DNA from: Prevotella phage Lak-B7
Reading direction: 5' to 3' (one strand)
Sequence record: MK250026.1
Length of the DNA: 40,000 nucleotides
The translations under genes and the position numbers were made by a program. Below the pieces are notes generated by a model, which worked only from the letters and a program-made list of their open reading frames with translations, was not told the DNA's origin and did not search any database. Each line of letters begins with the position of its first letter. The stretch's first letter is position 1. Shown here one piece after another: positions 14,131 through 23,903 of this stretch.

Positions 14131-14172
14131 CTTCTAACATGATGTTTAATTATTTATTCATCATGTTAGAAG
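14131..14172 (+). promoter_or_regulatory. Perfect 14-bp RNA hairpin at the start of the interleaved endonuclease gene
   Basis: CTTCTAACATGATG-N14-CATCATGTTAGAAG. Overlaps candidate ATGs of the nuclease gene (14139, 14142, 14163). No U-tract follows. Confidence 0.7.
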
Positions 14173-15380
14173 ATATGGGTCTAAGAGAAGTTAATATGGA
14201 TCAATTAAATGATAAATCAATTTTATAGAATGTATTAAAAAATGTAGATATGTCTATACATGTTTGGAATAAACATGATTTTCTTATCAATAATAAAATT
14301 AATATAGATTTATATAACAATGTATTTTTTAATTTTATCAAAAAATTAAGATTAGATGTTTATAATTTTTTAAAAGATAATTATACGGTAGATACAGTAT
14401 AGGAATTATATAACATGGTTTATGGTAAATCATCTATATGTAAAAAATGTGGTAAAAAATTAGAATTTATAAGATTTAATTAGGGATATAAAGATTGTGA
14501 TAATTGTTATAAATTAGAAGCAAATAAATTAGGTACAAAAGACAAAATAATAGATTATATTAATAATACACAAAATACTATACCACTTATATAGTTTATA
14601 TATAAACATCCTGTTTTAAAAATAGTTTTTTCAAAATTTCCTAAAATTAATACAGAAGAAGAATTATATTTATTTTTATATAATGATAAACCACATACAT
14701 GTGAATGTTGCGGTAATAAAACAAAGTTTGTTAGATTTAGACCATTTCATACATACTCTGTATGGCCATATCATTAGTTTTGTTCAATTGAATGTAGAAA
14801 TAAATGGTGGGCATAGAAACAGTGTGAAAATAATACAATATATAGAGCAAATGAAGAAACTTTAAATAGAGTTAAAAATGAGAATAGTATTAGAATGAAA
14901 TAGAAGATTAAAGATGGTGAATTTACACCATGTTCAACTAATTCCTGGTGCCATTCTAGATATAAAATAAAATTTATTCAAAATAATAAATTAGTTACAA
15001 AATTTTTAAGGTCTTCATGGGAAGTTATATTTCAATTATTAAATCCTAATTTATTATATGAAAAGTTAAGAGTACAGTATATAGGAAAAGATAATAAATT
15101 ACATAATTATATAGTTGATTTTATAGATATTGATAATAAAATTGTATATGAAGTTAAGCCTGATAGTTGTAAAGAAGTTAGAGATAATATATTAAAAAAT
15201 AATGCTTTAATTAATTGGTGTAAACAAAATAATTATGAAATGCATTATATAGATGAAAATTATTTTTAGAAACATATTTTTAATGTTTCTTTATTAAAAT
15301 ATACAGATAAAGAATATAAAGATAAATTAGTAAATTTAATTAAAAGATATAAAACATTTAAGGTTGATTATGAAAATTAA
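14142..15380 (+). CDS. Putative homing endonuclease interleaved between the split-intein halves (zinc-finger region plus PD-(D/E)xK/Vsr-like core)
   Basis: With TAG as sense: ...CKKCGKKLEFIRFN...HTCECCGNKTKFVRFRPFHTYSVWPYHQFCSIECRNKWW...LHNYIVDFIDIDNKIVYEVKPDSCKEVRDNILKNNALINWCKQNNYEMHYIDENYF. About 8 in-frame TAG. Start uncertain (14142 or 14163). Confidence 0.7.
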
Positions 15381-16347
15381 GAATATTAGAGTTTTAGAAT
15401 ATAAAGGAGATGTATATAATTTGAGAATCAAAAGTGAGAATGAGTAGAATCATAATTATTATGCTAATGATTTATGTATAAGTAATTGTCATCATGTAGG
15501 TGCTGCAAAAAGTTTTAAGGATATTTTACAAAAAACAGAAAATTTAAAATATTCTATAGGTGTAACAGGTACATTTCCTAAAGAAAGTATGTATGAGAAT
15601 TTATATATACAATCTATTATAGGACCTGTAATATATAAGTTAACAGCAAATCAATTAATTAATACAGAGAAAAGAGGAACACCTATATATGCAGTAATTC
15701 AATATCTTAAATGGGCAGATCAAAAAACAAAGGAAACAATGTATATCTATAGAGCAAATAAAAATCCTATGGATATAGGCGCAGGTAGTAAGGTTCTGAA
15801 GATCGAAAGGAAAACGGTTAATGAATCATATACAAGATTAAAGTATATTTGTGATCAAGTTATCAAGACAAAGAAAAATGCTTTGGTACTATTTGGCGAT
15901 ATTAAATATGGATATGGTAGAAAAGTATATGATTATATAAAAGATAATTCAGATAAAAATGTTTATTATACAGATGGAAATACACCAAATAAAACAAGAG
16001 ATTATTATAAAGCAGAAATGGAAAAAGATACTTCTGGAAATACAGTGATAGTGGCGTCTATCAATACATTTGGTGAAGGTATCGATATTAAAAATCTTTG
16101 GTCTATTTTTTTGGTTGATACAGCGAAGTCTGAAAGATTAGTAAGACAAATATGTGGTCGTGGAATTCGTTTGTATCCAGGAAAAGATAAAGTTGTTATT
16201 TTTGATTTCGTAGATGATTTGAGATATTCTGCAGATCCTAATAAGAGATATAAAGATAATTATTTATGGAAACATGGTCAAGAGAGAAAGAAAATTTATC
16301 TTGAACAACATTTCCCTGTATATGAGCAGAAGATAGATTTTAAATAA
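15370..16347 (+). CDS. uvsW: C-terminal split-intein fragment (39 aa) fused to the C-terminal extein of the UvsW-like helicase
   Basis: MKIKNIRVLEYKGDVYNLRIKSENEQNHNYYANDLCISN|CHHVGAAKSFKDILQKTENLKYSIGVTGTFPKES... then helicase C-domain motifs ...VASINTFGEGIDIKNLWSIFLVDTAKSERLVRQICGRGIRLYPGKDKVVIFDFVDD. Confidence 0.85.
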
Positions 16348-16404
16348 TTTAAGAAATTATCGTTTAAAGAATAAATAATTAAACGATAATTTTAAATTTT
16401 TATT

Positions 16405-17886
16405 ATGTTGTTAAGTGAAGTCTTATATATAGCAAAAAATATAAATAAATATAAATCTCTTAATGAATCACTTAAGTCTAATATATTATCTGATATATTT
16501 CATAAGTTTGATTATTCTAATATAACTATTGAACCTGTTAATAAAAACTATTATATAGGTTATACTGATAAGGGCGTTTCATTTTTTGATGTCAAATTTG
16601 AATATCAAAGGTTAGCAGAAAGAAATTAGTTAACACAAGATATGTGTGATACAGTGGAAGGAAGATAGAAAATTATTAATTGTGATTATAAAAAGAAAAA
16701 ACGTAAGAAATTATGGAATGGAACTTATGAAGATAATGGAATAATATATATGATTATGGAAGCTATCAAAAATAAGTCAACACATAAAATCGGTTTATCT
16801 GATATAACAGATTCAGAATTAATAACTATATCACCAATAGACGCAAAGAAAAAAATATATAAAACTGGATTACAATTTTGGGTTGATTATGATAATAATC
16901 TTAGAGCTGTAGTAATAGATAACACAATAATATTATATATTTAGCAATTAAATCAATATAATTCATGGTTGAAACCAAATCCAGATTATCACGAGAAAAC
17001 AGATTTCTCTACATTTGCTGATAATAGGAATGATGAGTATTTAGAAAATTTTATAAATAAAGCATTTATTAAAATACCAGTTTATAATATATTAACATCT
17101 AATGTAGAATTAAAGAAAGAATTAGGTGCAAATAATGTTAAATCATTATAGAATGTTCCAGGAATATCAAAAGTATATGTGGTAAATACAGAAGGTATGG
17201 AAAATTCCAATATAGAGGAAAAACTAAAAACAAGAAGAGATTATAAAATATTTTTAGAGAGTCAAATAGATCTTAATAAGAAAAATATTGAAAGATATTA
17301 GAATGAATTAAAAATTAGGCGTTCGCAAGGTGTTGATTCTAAAATTATAAATAAGATTTATGATTTCCTTGATGTTTGTATGGATACAACAATAGAATTA
17401 TAGAATTTAGATAATGATGTATTGACAAATAAATCCGCCGATGATTTTATAGGAGATACCTATTGGCATTCTGCACCATTAGATTATGTATATTCATCTG
17501 CTTTAAAACGAATATATCCAGATAGAAGTTTTTTTGATTCAAAAGTAAGAAATATGTATGGTAGAGGAACACATATGGAAACTAATTGGTCTTTTAATTC
17601 TATAGGAGATTGCTTGGTTGTGGCTAATTTAAAAGTTGAAAAATGTATAGAATATTCATAGTCTATAATTGATAGATATGACAAATATAATAATATAAAG
17701 AATAAAGCTGATATTTCTTAGGATGAAATATTATATGAGTTGAATATATTAAAATCAAAGTATAAAGAATTAGAAGATTTTCTATCTTATAACTCATCTG
17801 TATATAATGAAATAAGAAGGCAATTAGATAAAGCTAATATAGATCTTGATAAGATAATGACAAAAATAGATAATTTTCAATTTTAA
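16405..17886 (+). CDS. Phage protein of unknown function, 493 aa with TAG as sense
   Basis: Track ORFs 16405, 16750, 16969 and 17422 are all in one frame, joined by TAG; ends TAA. Includes MYGRGTHMETNWSFNSIGDCLVVANLKVEKC. Confidence 0.75.
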
Positions 17887-17891
17887 TATAA

Positions 17892-17930
17892 TAAAGGGAT
17901 AAGAAATAAATCTTACCCCTTTTTATTTTT
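17892..17930. terminator. Bidirectional terminator between convergent genes
   Basis: AAGGGATAAG-AAATAAAT-CTTACCCCTTTTTATTTTT, one mismatch in a 10-bp stem. Confidence 0.65.
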
Positions 17931-18138
17931 TATAAACAATTAAAGGTAATTGTTGAATACCGTTGAATGAATGTTGTACAGGAGGTTTTGAATAAATTTT
18001 CTTATTCTTATTTTTTGATTTCTTTCCTATACCACCATTAAATCTATCACCAGAACCAAAAGTTCTCATACCAGCAGGAACTGGATCACCTATTCCTATT
18101 GTATTCATAGGCGTATTATAAACTACTCCTTCACACAT
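17923..18138 (-). CDS. Small glycine/lysine-rich protein, unknown function
   Basis: Track ORF MCEGVVYNTPMNTIGIGDPVPAGMRTFGSGDRFNGG..., immediately downstream of the next leftward gene. Confidence 0.55.
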   Translation of the reverse strand: MCEGVVYNTPMNTIGIGDPVPAGMRTFGSGDRFNGGIGKKSKNKNKKIYSKPPVQHSFNGIQQLPLIVYKK

Positions 18139-18140
18139 AA

Positions 18141-18896
18141 TTATCTTAAACCATTGTTATTTTTAGGTAATGAAACTCCTATACCATTGGGTGCTCTTCG
18201 AGATAAAGACTATAAAGCATTTATCTTATGTTTAACTGAAATACCAGGATGCTACTTACTTTCATATTTAGGATTATCTAAATCTAAGTATTCACTGTTT
18301 CCATCCTTATATGGATCATATTCCTTAGATATTAATTCTCTTTCACCATTAGCATTTCTTATATATACATCATAATAGTTATAAACAAAAGACCATGTAA
18401 ATGTATTGAATGTACCCATTCTGGCTGCATAAGACATAGATAAATCTCCTATACTTGTTGGTGTTAACTATTGATAACAATAACTAACAGTTTCAAATCC
18501 ACCATCATCCAATAAGGAAACAGTTATATTAGGTAGATATAAAGGTGTTAACTATCCTAACCTTAAATATAAATCATATTGATGTCTAGCGACAAAATAA
18601 CTAATATAACTTTCTGCAGTTTTAACAGTCAATGTTAATGTTTTCTCTAATAACATGTCTTCCTATTTTCCTGGACGTTTCTATATTTTATATTCTCTTC
18701 CTTGCTATATAACAGAACCTGAATTTAAGCCTGGAAAATTAATTGATGCAATCTAAGCGTTAAAGAAATCTTCCAATGTTACATAAGGTAAATACATCCT
18801 ATTTAATATTGGCATCCACTTTTCTGTAACATCTGGATAAAACCAATTGAAATCCAATGCTATTACGAAATTTTGATCTAGATTATTTAATAACAT
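18141..18896 (-). CDS. Putative tail tube-like structural protein, 251 aa with TAG as sense
   Basis: MLLNNLDQNFVIALDFNWFYPDVTEKWMPILNRMYLPYVTLEDFFNAQIASINFPGLNSGSVIQQGREYKIQKRPGKQED...SMSYAARMGTFNTFTWSFVYNYYDVYIRN...; the FPG and domain layout resemble phage tail tubes only loosely. Confidence 0.5.
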
Positions 18897-18964
18897 TTTT
18901 AATTAAACTATATGATTGTTTGTATATTTATTGAAGATTATTTTTTATTTTCAAATATTTTATG

Positions 18965-18972
18965 TATCTTTG
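18965..18972 (+). promoter_or_regulatory. Bacteroidetes-type -7 element (TAnnTTTG) within ATGTATCTTTGT
   Basis: TATCTTTG, about 42 nt upstream of the ATG at 19014; identical core at 20517 and 23904. Confidence 0.65.
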
Positions 18973-19013
18973 TGTTGTTAATACAAATAATAAACAATTT
19001 AAAATATAAAATA

Positions 19014-19202
19014 ATGAGTGATATTACATTATATAAAGTAAAAACAGATAGAGGTTTTTTCATAGTGAATGCAATTGATGAAGTAGAGGCACGTTCACTT
19101 ATGGAGAAGAACGGTGAATATGTTCATACATGTGACAAAATCATAATTAAAGAAAATGATATTATACCATATAATTTATTTGATTCATGTATTAAATATT
19201 AA
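19014..19202 (+). CDS. Small hypothetical protein, 62 aa
   Basis: MSDITLYKVKTDRGFFIVNAIDEVEARSLMEKNGEYVHTCDKIIIKENDIIPYNLFDSCIKY; promoter-like element upstream. Confidence 0.65.
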   Translation: MSDITLYKVKTDRGFFIVNAIDEVEARSLMEKNGEYVHTCDKIIIKENDIIPYNLFDSCIKY

Positions 19203-19212
19203 ATTATGTGTT

Positions 19213-19392
19213 ATGAGTAAAAAGAAAACGTATTCAGAGAAAGTAAAAGATTTATGTGATAAATTTTGGAATGATTATCAAGTTACATGTGATATAGAAT
19301 TTGTTGATAGAACAATAAAATATTATATTGGAAGATTTAAAGCTATCGCAAGGTCTGCAGATAAAGAAATAGAAAAGTTATCTCAAAAATAA
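19213..19392 (+). CDS. Small basic hypothetical protein, 59 aa
   Basis: MSKKKTYSEKVKDLCDKFWNDYQVTCDIEFVDRTIKYYIGRFKAIARSADKEIEKLSQK. Confidence 0.6.
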   Translation: MSKKKTYSEKVKDLCDKFWNDYQVTCDIEFVDRTIKYYIGRFKAIARSADKEIEKLSQK

Positions 19393-19492
19393 AACTTTTT
19401 ATATATTTAATGTATAATACAAATATAATAGTTAACTGAGTTAATAATCCTCTAATAAAATTAACTTAATTAATAAAGAAAGGAATATTACT

Positions 19493-20338
19493 ATGGGTAA
19501 GCAAAAAAGAAGTGAAAATACGTATCAGAAGATTAACACAATCTTTAAGAGAGATGCGAATAATGTAATTATGCCTTATGATGAGTTTGCACTTCCCGAA
19601 TTGGAATGGATGCGAAATTGTAAGTTTGATGCAGAATCTAAAATCGATGGTACTAATACTCGTATTGAGGTAACTCGTGAATTTATTACATCTGATATTG
19701 GTAATAATGAAGGTATTAGATGGAGTGTTGCATATAAGGGAAAGACTGATAATGCACAAATTCCAAAGATGTTGTATACTTATCTTACTACTGTTCTTAC
19801 AGAAGATAAAGTTCTTAATTCACTAGGACTTACAAAAGAGATGTATGTCAATGATGAGTTGATGAAAGAAAAAGGGTGGTCTGTATTGAATGAACAGTTT
19901 AATGTATATGAATTGGATGAAACAAAGATTCCTAAGAGATATACATTGTATGGTGAAGGTTACGGAAATGGAATACAGTCTGGTGGATACTACAGACAAG
20001 ATAATTCTTTTATCGGATTTGATGTAAAAGTTGATGATATGTATCTCCTTCGAGAAAATCGTGATGAGATCTTTAATAAATTAGGTGTTGATATTGTTCC
20101 ATTTGTAGGACAACTTACTATTGACGAAGCAATTGAAATGGTAAAGAAAGGATTTAGATCTAAAATTGCAAAAGATGATCATCTTGAAGAAGGATTGGTT
20201 CTTCGTACACCTATGGGTTTGAAGAATCGTAGAGGTGAAAGAATTATATTTAAAATTAAAACATGTGATTTCCAGAAATATTTTTCAAAGTATGGAACAT
20301 ATGATAAGGTAGATCAACCAAAGAATGAAAACTTTTAA
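19493..20338 (+). CDS. RNA ligase, Rnl2-like nucleotidyltransferase
   Basis: Motif I ESKIDGTN (KxDG), motif III-like YGEGYGNGIQ, motif IV EEGLVLR, motif V IIFKIK. Confidence 0.8.
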   Translation: MGKQKRSENTYQKINTIFKRDANNVIMPYDEFALPELEWMRNCKFDAESKIDGTNTRIEVTREFITSDIGNNEGIRWSVAYKGKTDNAQIPKMLYTYLTTVLTEDKVLNSLGLTKEMYVNDELMKEKGWSVLNEQFNVYELDETKIPKRYTLYGEGYGNGIQSGGYYRQDNSFIGFDVKVDDMYLLRENRDEIFNKLGVDIVPFVGQLTIDEAIEMVKKGFRSKIAKDDHLEEGLVLRTPMGLKNRRGERIIFKIKTCDFQKYFSKYGTYDKVDQPKNENF

Positions 20339-20341
20339 TAT

Positions 20342-20479
20342 ATGATAGAAATTATTGAAATATGGTTTCCTATTATTGCATTTATTGCATGTTCATATTT
20401 AATATATATGGATAGAAAACATTTTAAGAAAGTTGAAAAAGAATTAGATAAAATAGAAAAAGATATTCATCATGAATAA
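20342..20479 (+). CDS. Small single-TM protein, 45 aa
   Basis: MIEIIEIWFPIIAFIACSYLIYMDRKHFKKVEKELDKIEKDIHHE; tightly follows the RNA ligase. Confidence 0.5.
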   Translation: MIEIIEIWFPIIAFIACSYLIYMDRKHFKKVEKELDKIEKDIHHE

Positions 20480-20516
20480 TTTTTTGATTTTATTTTTTTG
20501 TTTGAAATAAAATATG

Positions 20517-20524
20517 TATCTTTG
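20517..20524 (+). promoter_or_regulatory. Bacteroidetes-type -7 element TATCTTTG
   Basis: AAAATATGTATCTTTGTATTG, about 48 nt upstream of the ATG at 20572. Confidence 0.65.
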
Positions 20525-20571
20525 TATTGTTAATAAAAATAATATTAATTAATTTTTAAATAATAAAAAAT

Positions 20572-21042
20572 ATGATTACACGTAAGGAACTTGTTGCTAA
20601 GTACAAGATTGCAGTTAAGCGAGTAAATGAGTTGGAGAACAAGAAGTATGAGTATAAGACTAATCGACCATGTGCTCCATTTGGTAATGTGAAGAATATG
20701 AATATTCCTGACATTATTAGAGCTGGCGCAAATGTGCATGATAGTGATGCTAATGTAACAGAGCGTATTAAGCAGTATGGTATTCTTCCAGAGGATTTGA
20801 AGAATGCAAATGATCATTTGTATGAGGGATTTGCAATTTCTACATGGGACCACGATTTTAAACTTCGTGTAGAGCAAATTCACGATGAGAAGAAGTTGAA
20901 GACATATAAGGAAGTAATGAATAAGTTGTCTGCTAACTTTACTGATGAGGATCGCTTCATGATTGAGATGGGTGAGATTGATGCACTTGACATCGATTTG
21001 GATGATGATGCACCATCAGATGAAGTAAAGTCTGAAGAGTAA
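20572..21042 (+). CDS. Hypothetical protein, 156 aa, acidic C-terminus
   Basis: MITRKELVAKYKIAVKRVNELENKKYEYKTNRPC...; distinctive AAG/GAG-rich codon use. Confidence 0.75.
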   Translation: MITRKELVAKYKIAVKRVNELENKKYEYKTNRPCAPFGNVKNMNIPDIIRAGANVHDSDANVTERIKQYGILPEDLKNANDHLYEGFAISTWDHDFKLRVEQIHDEKKLKTYKEVMNKLSANFTDEDRFMIEMGEIDALDIDLDDDAPSDEVKSEE

Positions 21043-21068
21043 TATTTGTTACTTAAACAAATATATGT

Positions 21069-21119
21069 ATGGTTAATACTTAACCCAATGTGGTTGGGTA
21101 TTAACCATTTTTCATTTTT
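21069..21119 (+). terminator. Intrinsic terminator
   Basis: ATGGTTAATAC...CCCAA-tgtgg-TTGGG-TATTAACCAT followed by TTTTTCATTTTT. Confidence 0.85.
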
Positions 21120-21136
21120 AATTAAATTAAACTAAT

Positions 21137-21436
21137 ATGGATGAATTTTTAAAACAACTCATATCTAAATATAAACCAAAGTTTTCTCGTGATAAACTTT
21201 TTGGTGGATATGATATTGATGTATATGATAGAGATCAGATAAAGCACGAAACAATTAATTATTTAAATGAACATTTTCAAAATCCTGATATAAAAAGTGA
21301 AGAGTATCATGATTATTATAAGAAAATGTTAATAATTAAAGAGTTCGCAGAAACATTTGAAACATATTTTGCAAATTTAAGTTTTAGATTACCAGTACCA
21401 TCAGGTACAGAAGTTTATTGTTCACAACGAGATTAA
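21137..21436 (+). CDS. Hypothetical protein, 99 aa
   Basis: Track ORF, TAG-free, in a co-directional gene array. Confidence 0.65.
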   Translation: MDEFLKQLISKYKPKFSRDKLFGGYDIDVYDRDQIKHETINYLNEHFQNPDIKSEEYHDYYKKMLIIKEFAETFETYFANLSFRLPVPSGTEVYCSQRD

Positions 21437-21439
21437 TAT

Positions 21440-21838
21440 ATGAATAGTTTTATTAAGTTAGATAATGGAATAGTTCTTAATATTTCACAAATAGAAACAT
21501 TCGGACCAATTTGGCCATTTGACTTACTAGAGTTCGATGATTCACAACCTATAGGTGATAATATTGGCGATTCTGTTAAACGTTTATTTCAAGATAAAGA
21601 ACATAATAATATTGCAAAAGAAATGGTTAGAACTTCATTTGCTACACCATTAAATTGCAATGATAATATGAGAAAATACGGTGAAGGCAAAATACTTAAT
21701 TATACGGTTCTCTTAAAATCTGGTCATAAGTTTTTTATTACTGAAGCAGAATATAATAATATTTTGGAAGTTATGAATTTATCTGCAAATAATGTATATT
21801 CTAATGTAGATAAAAAGTATACTAAATTTGATTTTTAA
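21440..21838 (+). CDS. Hypothetical protein, 132 aa
   Basis: Track ORF, 3-nt spacing to its neighbours. Confidence 0.65.
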   Translation: MNSFIKLDNGIVLNISQIETFGPIWPFDLLEFDDSQPIGDNIGDSVKRLFQDKEHNNIAKEMVRTSFATPLNCNDNMRKYGEGKILNYTVLLKSGHKFFITEAEYNNILEVMNLSANNVYSNVDKKYTKFDF

Positions 21839-21840
21839 TT

Positions 21841-22455
21841 ATGAATTTTGAATACGAAACAACATGTTATAAATTTACAGACAATGATACATATGTCTCT
21901 ATTGATGATATATTGGATGAGATTGATAAGCATGCTATAAAAATAGGTTGTAGTACTAATAGACCAAAATCCGCAAATGAAATTATAAATGATAATTTGA
22001 AACAATGGAATAATTTTGAGCCTTATTCAAATACATTTAGAAAGAAACATATTTGTTGGTTTCCTGTATATATACAAATTGGTTTAGATAAAGATCTTGC
22101 TGATTATTTTGTATTGAAAGATATTAGTAATGATTATCATAGAGCAATTTATTATAAGATTTCGGGTGAATATGCGTTTACATTGTGTTATGATGGTTAT
22201 ATATATAAGAGAGAATCGTTCTCAGATTATTGTGATTATCTTCCATGTTATGTATTACCGTGTACAGCAAAAGATGTATTAGCACATAATTCATGTTGTA
22301 AGTTAAAAGATACTGCATTATTGCTGAAGGAAATTTGGGAAGATGTAAAAAAGAACTATTCTGATGCAATTGAGCAAAACATATGGTTTGAAAATGGTTA
22401 TTACTACCATACAGAACATTATATAAAAAATAAGTTTATTCATTTTGATTTTTAA
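21841..22455 (+). CDS. Hypothetical protein, 204 aa
   Basis: Track ORF, tightly packed. Confidence 0.65.
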   Translation: MNFEYETTCYKFTDNDTYVSIDDILDEIDKHAIKIGCSTNRPKSANEIINDNLKQWNNFEPYSNTFRKKHICWFPVYIQIGLDKDLADYFVLKDISNDYHRAIYYKISGEYAFTLCYDGYIYKRESFSDYCDYLPCYVLPCTAKDVLAHNSCCKLKDTALLLKEIWEDVKKNYSDAIEQNIWFENGYYYHTEHYIKNKFIHFDF

Positions 22456-22463
22456 TTTATTAT

Positions 22464-23846
22464 ATGTCAAAACAATACGATAAATTTAATTTGGAAGTTG
22501 AACAAGATCCACTTGTTCAACTTCATAAAACTGATTATAATAATTATAGTGATTTGTCACATTTTGTAGATGAATACTATAAAGCGCAAGCACTTATAAA
22601 GGAATGTGGTAATTTTTATAAATCTTTTCTTTTAAGTAAACTTTTAACCTATTCTAAACTTACAAATACTTCATACAAAGAAAATGAATATAATTTCTTT
22701 AATATTCATATAACAGGAATACCATATAAAGCTGAAACATATTGTCTATATGATATGTTTGATGATTTGGATAATAATTATAAAGGGTATTATAATTATA
22801 AGTCATTGAAGGGATATGAAAAACTTGCATATTCACGTGCAGTATTTAAGTTTAAGGAATTTTGTGATAATTCTAAAGATAAGTTATTTACTATAAGAAT
22901 TGAATGTAACAGAACTTCATATTTTCCAGGAGATAAAGATAAAGAAACAAATTATTATTTTACATTTAATGATTATATTTTTAAATCATGTATGTGTGAA
23001 CATTATATTTCATCATATAGTTCTATAACATATAATAATAAGTATGATGATGTAAATAATAAAGATCTTCAATCTAAATTAAAAAAACTGGTTGATAAAG
23101 AAAAGAAATCTTTATATGATTATATGAAAGAACTTGATTTTTTATATAAAAAAGAATTTGATACATTCTATAAAGATGAATTAAAAAAATTATTTAAAAC
23201 TATAAATGTTCCTATTATTTATATAAATATCGATAATGATTTAAAGGATTGTGCATATTCGTCATATAATTCATATAAGAAAAAAGTTAAATCAAAAGAT
23301 ATAGATAAAGATATTAAAGAACTTACAGAAAAGTATAATAATGATGGTGAGCGAACATCATTATATTTAAGTGAAATATTATCTGATGATGAAATTGATA
23401 ATATGTTTGATTCTTTTGAATATAAAGGTTGGTATAGTATGTATGATTGGATCCTGAAATATATTAATGATAATTATTATAATAAGATTATTGAACTTGT
23501 AAAACGTAATATTGCAGATTCTACATATGCATATAGAACTATTATAAGAACATGTTCAGAATATAATAATAATCAAAAATTATATATTATAGGTAAACAT
23601 AATGAATCACATTATTTTTGTAATCAAAATGATGTAGATAAAATTAAAATAGAACTTATAGAAAGAGAATTAGTATGTACATATATAAAAGTTAATAAAC
23701 ATCTTAAATACAGTTGGCCTTCGAATGCACCAACTGTTGTAAATGAATTGACGCGAACAGTTAAGTTTAATGTAGATACAAATTCTGTAAGTTCTTTTAA
23801 AGAATCAACAGATACATATGAAATAGCAAATAAAGATAGATATTAA
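22464..23846 (+). CDS. Hypothetical protein, 460 aa, Tyr/Lys/Asp-rich
   Basis: Track ORF MSKQYDKFNLEVEQDPLVQLHKTDYNNYSDLSHFVDEYYKAQ... Confidence 0.75.
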   Translation: MSKQYDKFNLEVEQDPLVQLHKTDYNNYSDLSHFVDEYYKAQALIKECGNFYKSFLLSKLLTYSKLTNTSYKENEYNFFNIHITGIPYKAETYCLYDMFDDLDNNYKGYYNYKSLKGYEKLAYSRAVFKFKEFCDNSKDKLFTIRIECNRTSYFPGDKDKETNYYFTFNDYIFKSCMCEHYISSYSSITYNNKYDDVNNKDLQSKLKKLVDKEKKSLYDYMKELDFLYKKEFDTFYKDELKKLFKTINVPIIYINIDNDLKDCAYSSYNSYKKKVKSKDIDKDIKELTEKYNNDGERTSLYLSEILSDDEIDNMFDSFEYKGWYSMYDWILKYINDNYYNKIIELVKRNIADSTYAYRTIIRTCSEYNNNQKLYIIGKHNESHYFCNQNDVDKIKIELIERELVCTYIKVNKHLKYSWPSNAPTVVNELTRTVKFNVDTNSVSSFKESTDTYEIANKDRY

Positions 23847-23850
23847 AATT

Positions 23851-23890
23851 AATCTGTTACCTAAGTTTTAGGTAACAGATTTTTTTATTT
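23851..23890 (+). terminator. Strong intrinsic terminator
   Basis: Perfect 14-bp stem AATCTGTTACCTAA-GTT-TTAGGTAACAGATT followed by TTTTTTATTT. Confidence 0.92.
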
Positions 23891-23903
23891 AAAATATTTG
23901 ATG

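Noticed and set aside
14131-14172. Hairpin called as an intrinsic terminator
   Set aside because: No T-tract follows the stem on either strand, and it contains start codons.
14123-15369. The intein interpreted as one normal inline intein containing its endonuclease
   Set aside because: IntN ends in TGA, and the nuclease ORF is in a different frame from IntC, with its own stop overlapping a new ATG. A split arrangement fits better, though a sequencing error at the TGA should be excluded.
18154-18375. Plus-strand 73-aa ORF
   Set aside because: Opposite the better supported minus-strand tail-tube-like gene.
19466-20883. Minus-strand ORFs at 19466-19759 and 20545-20883
   Set aside because: Antisense to the RNA ligase and the 20572 gene; products look like translated reverse complements with skewed composition.
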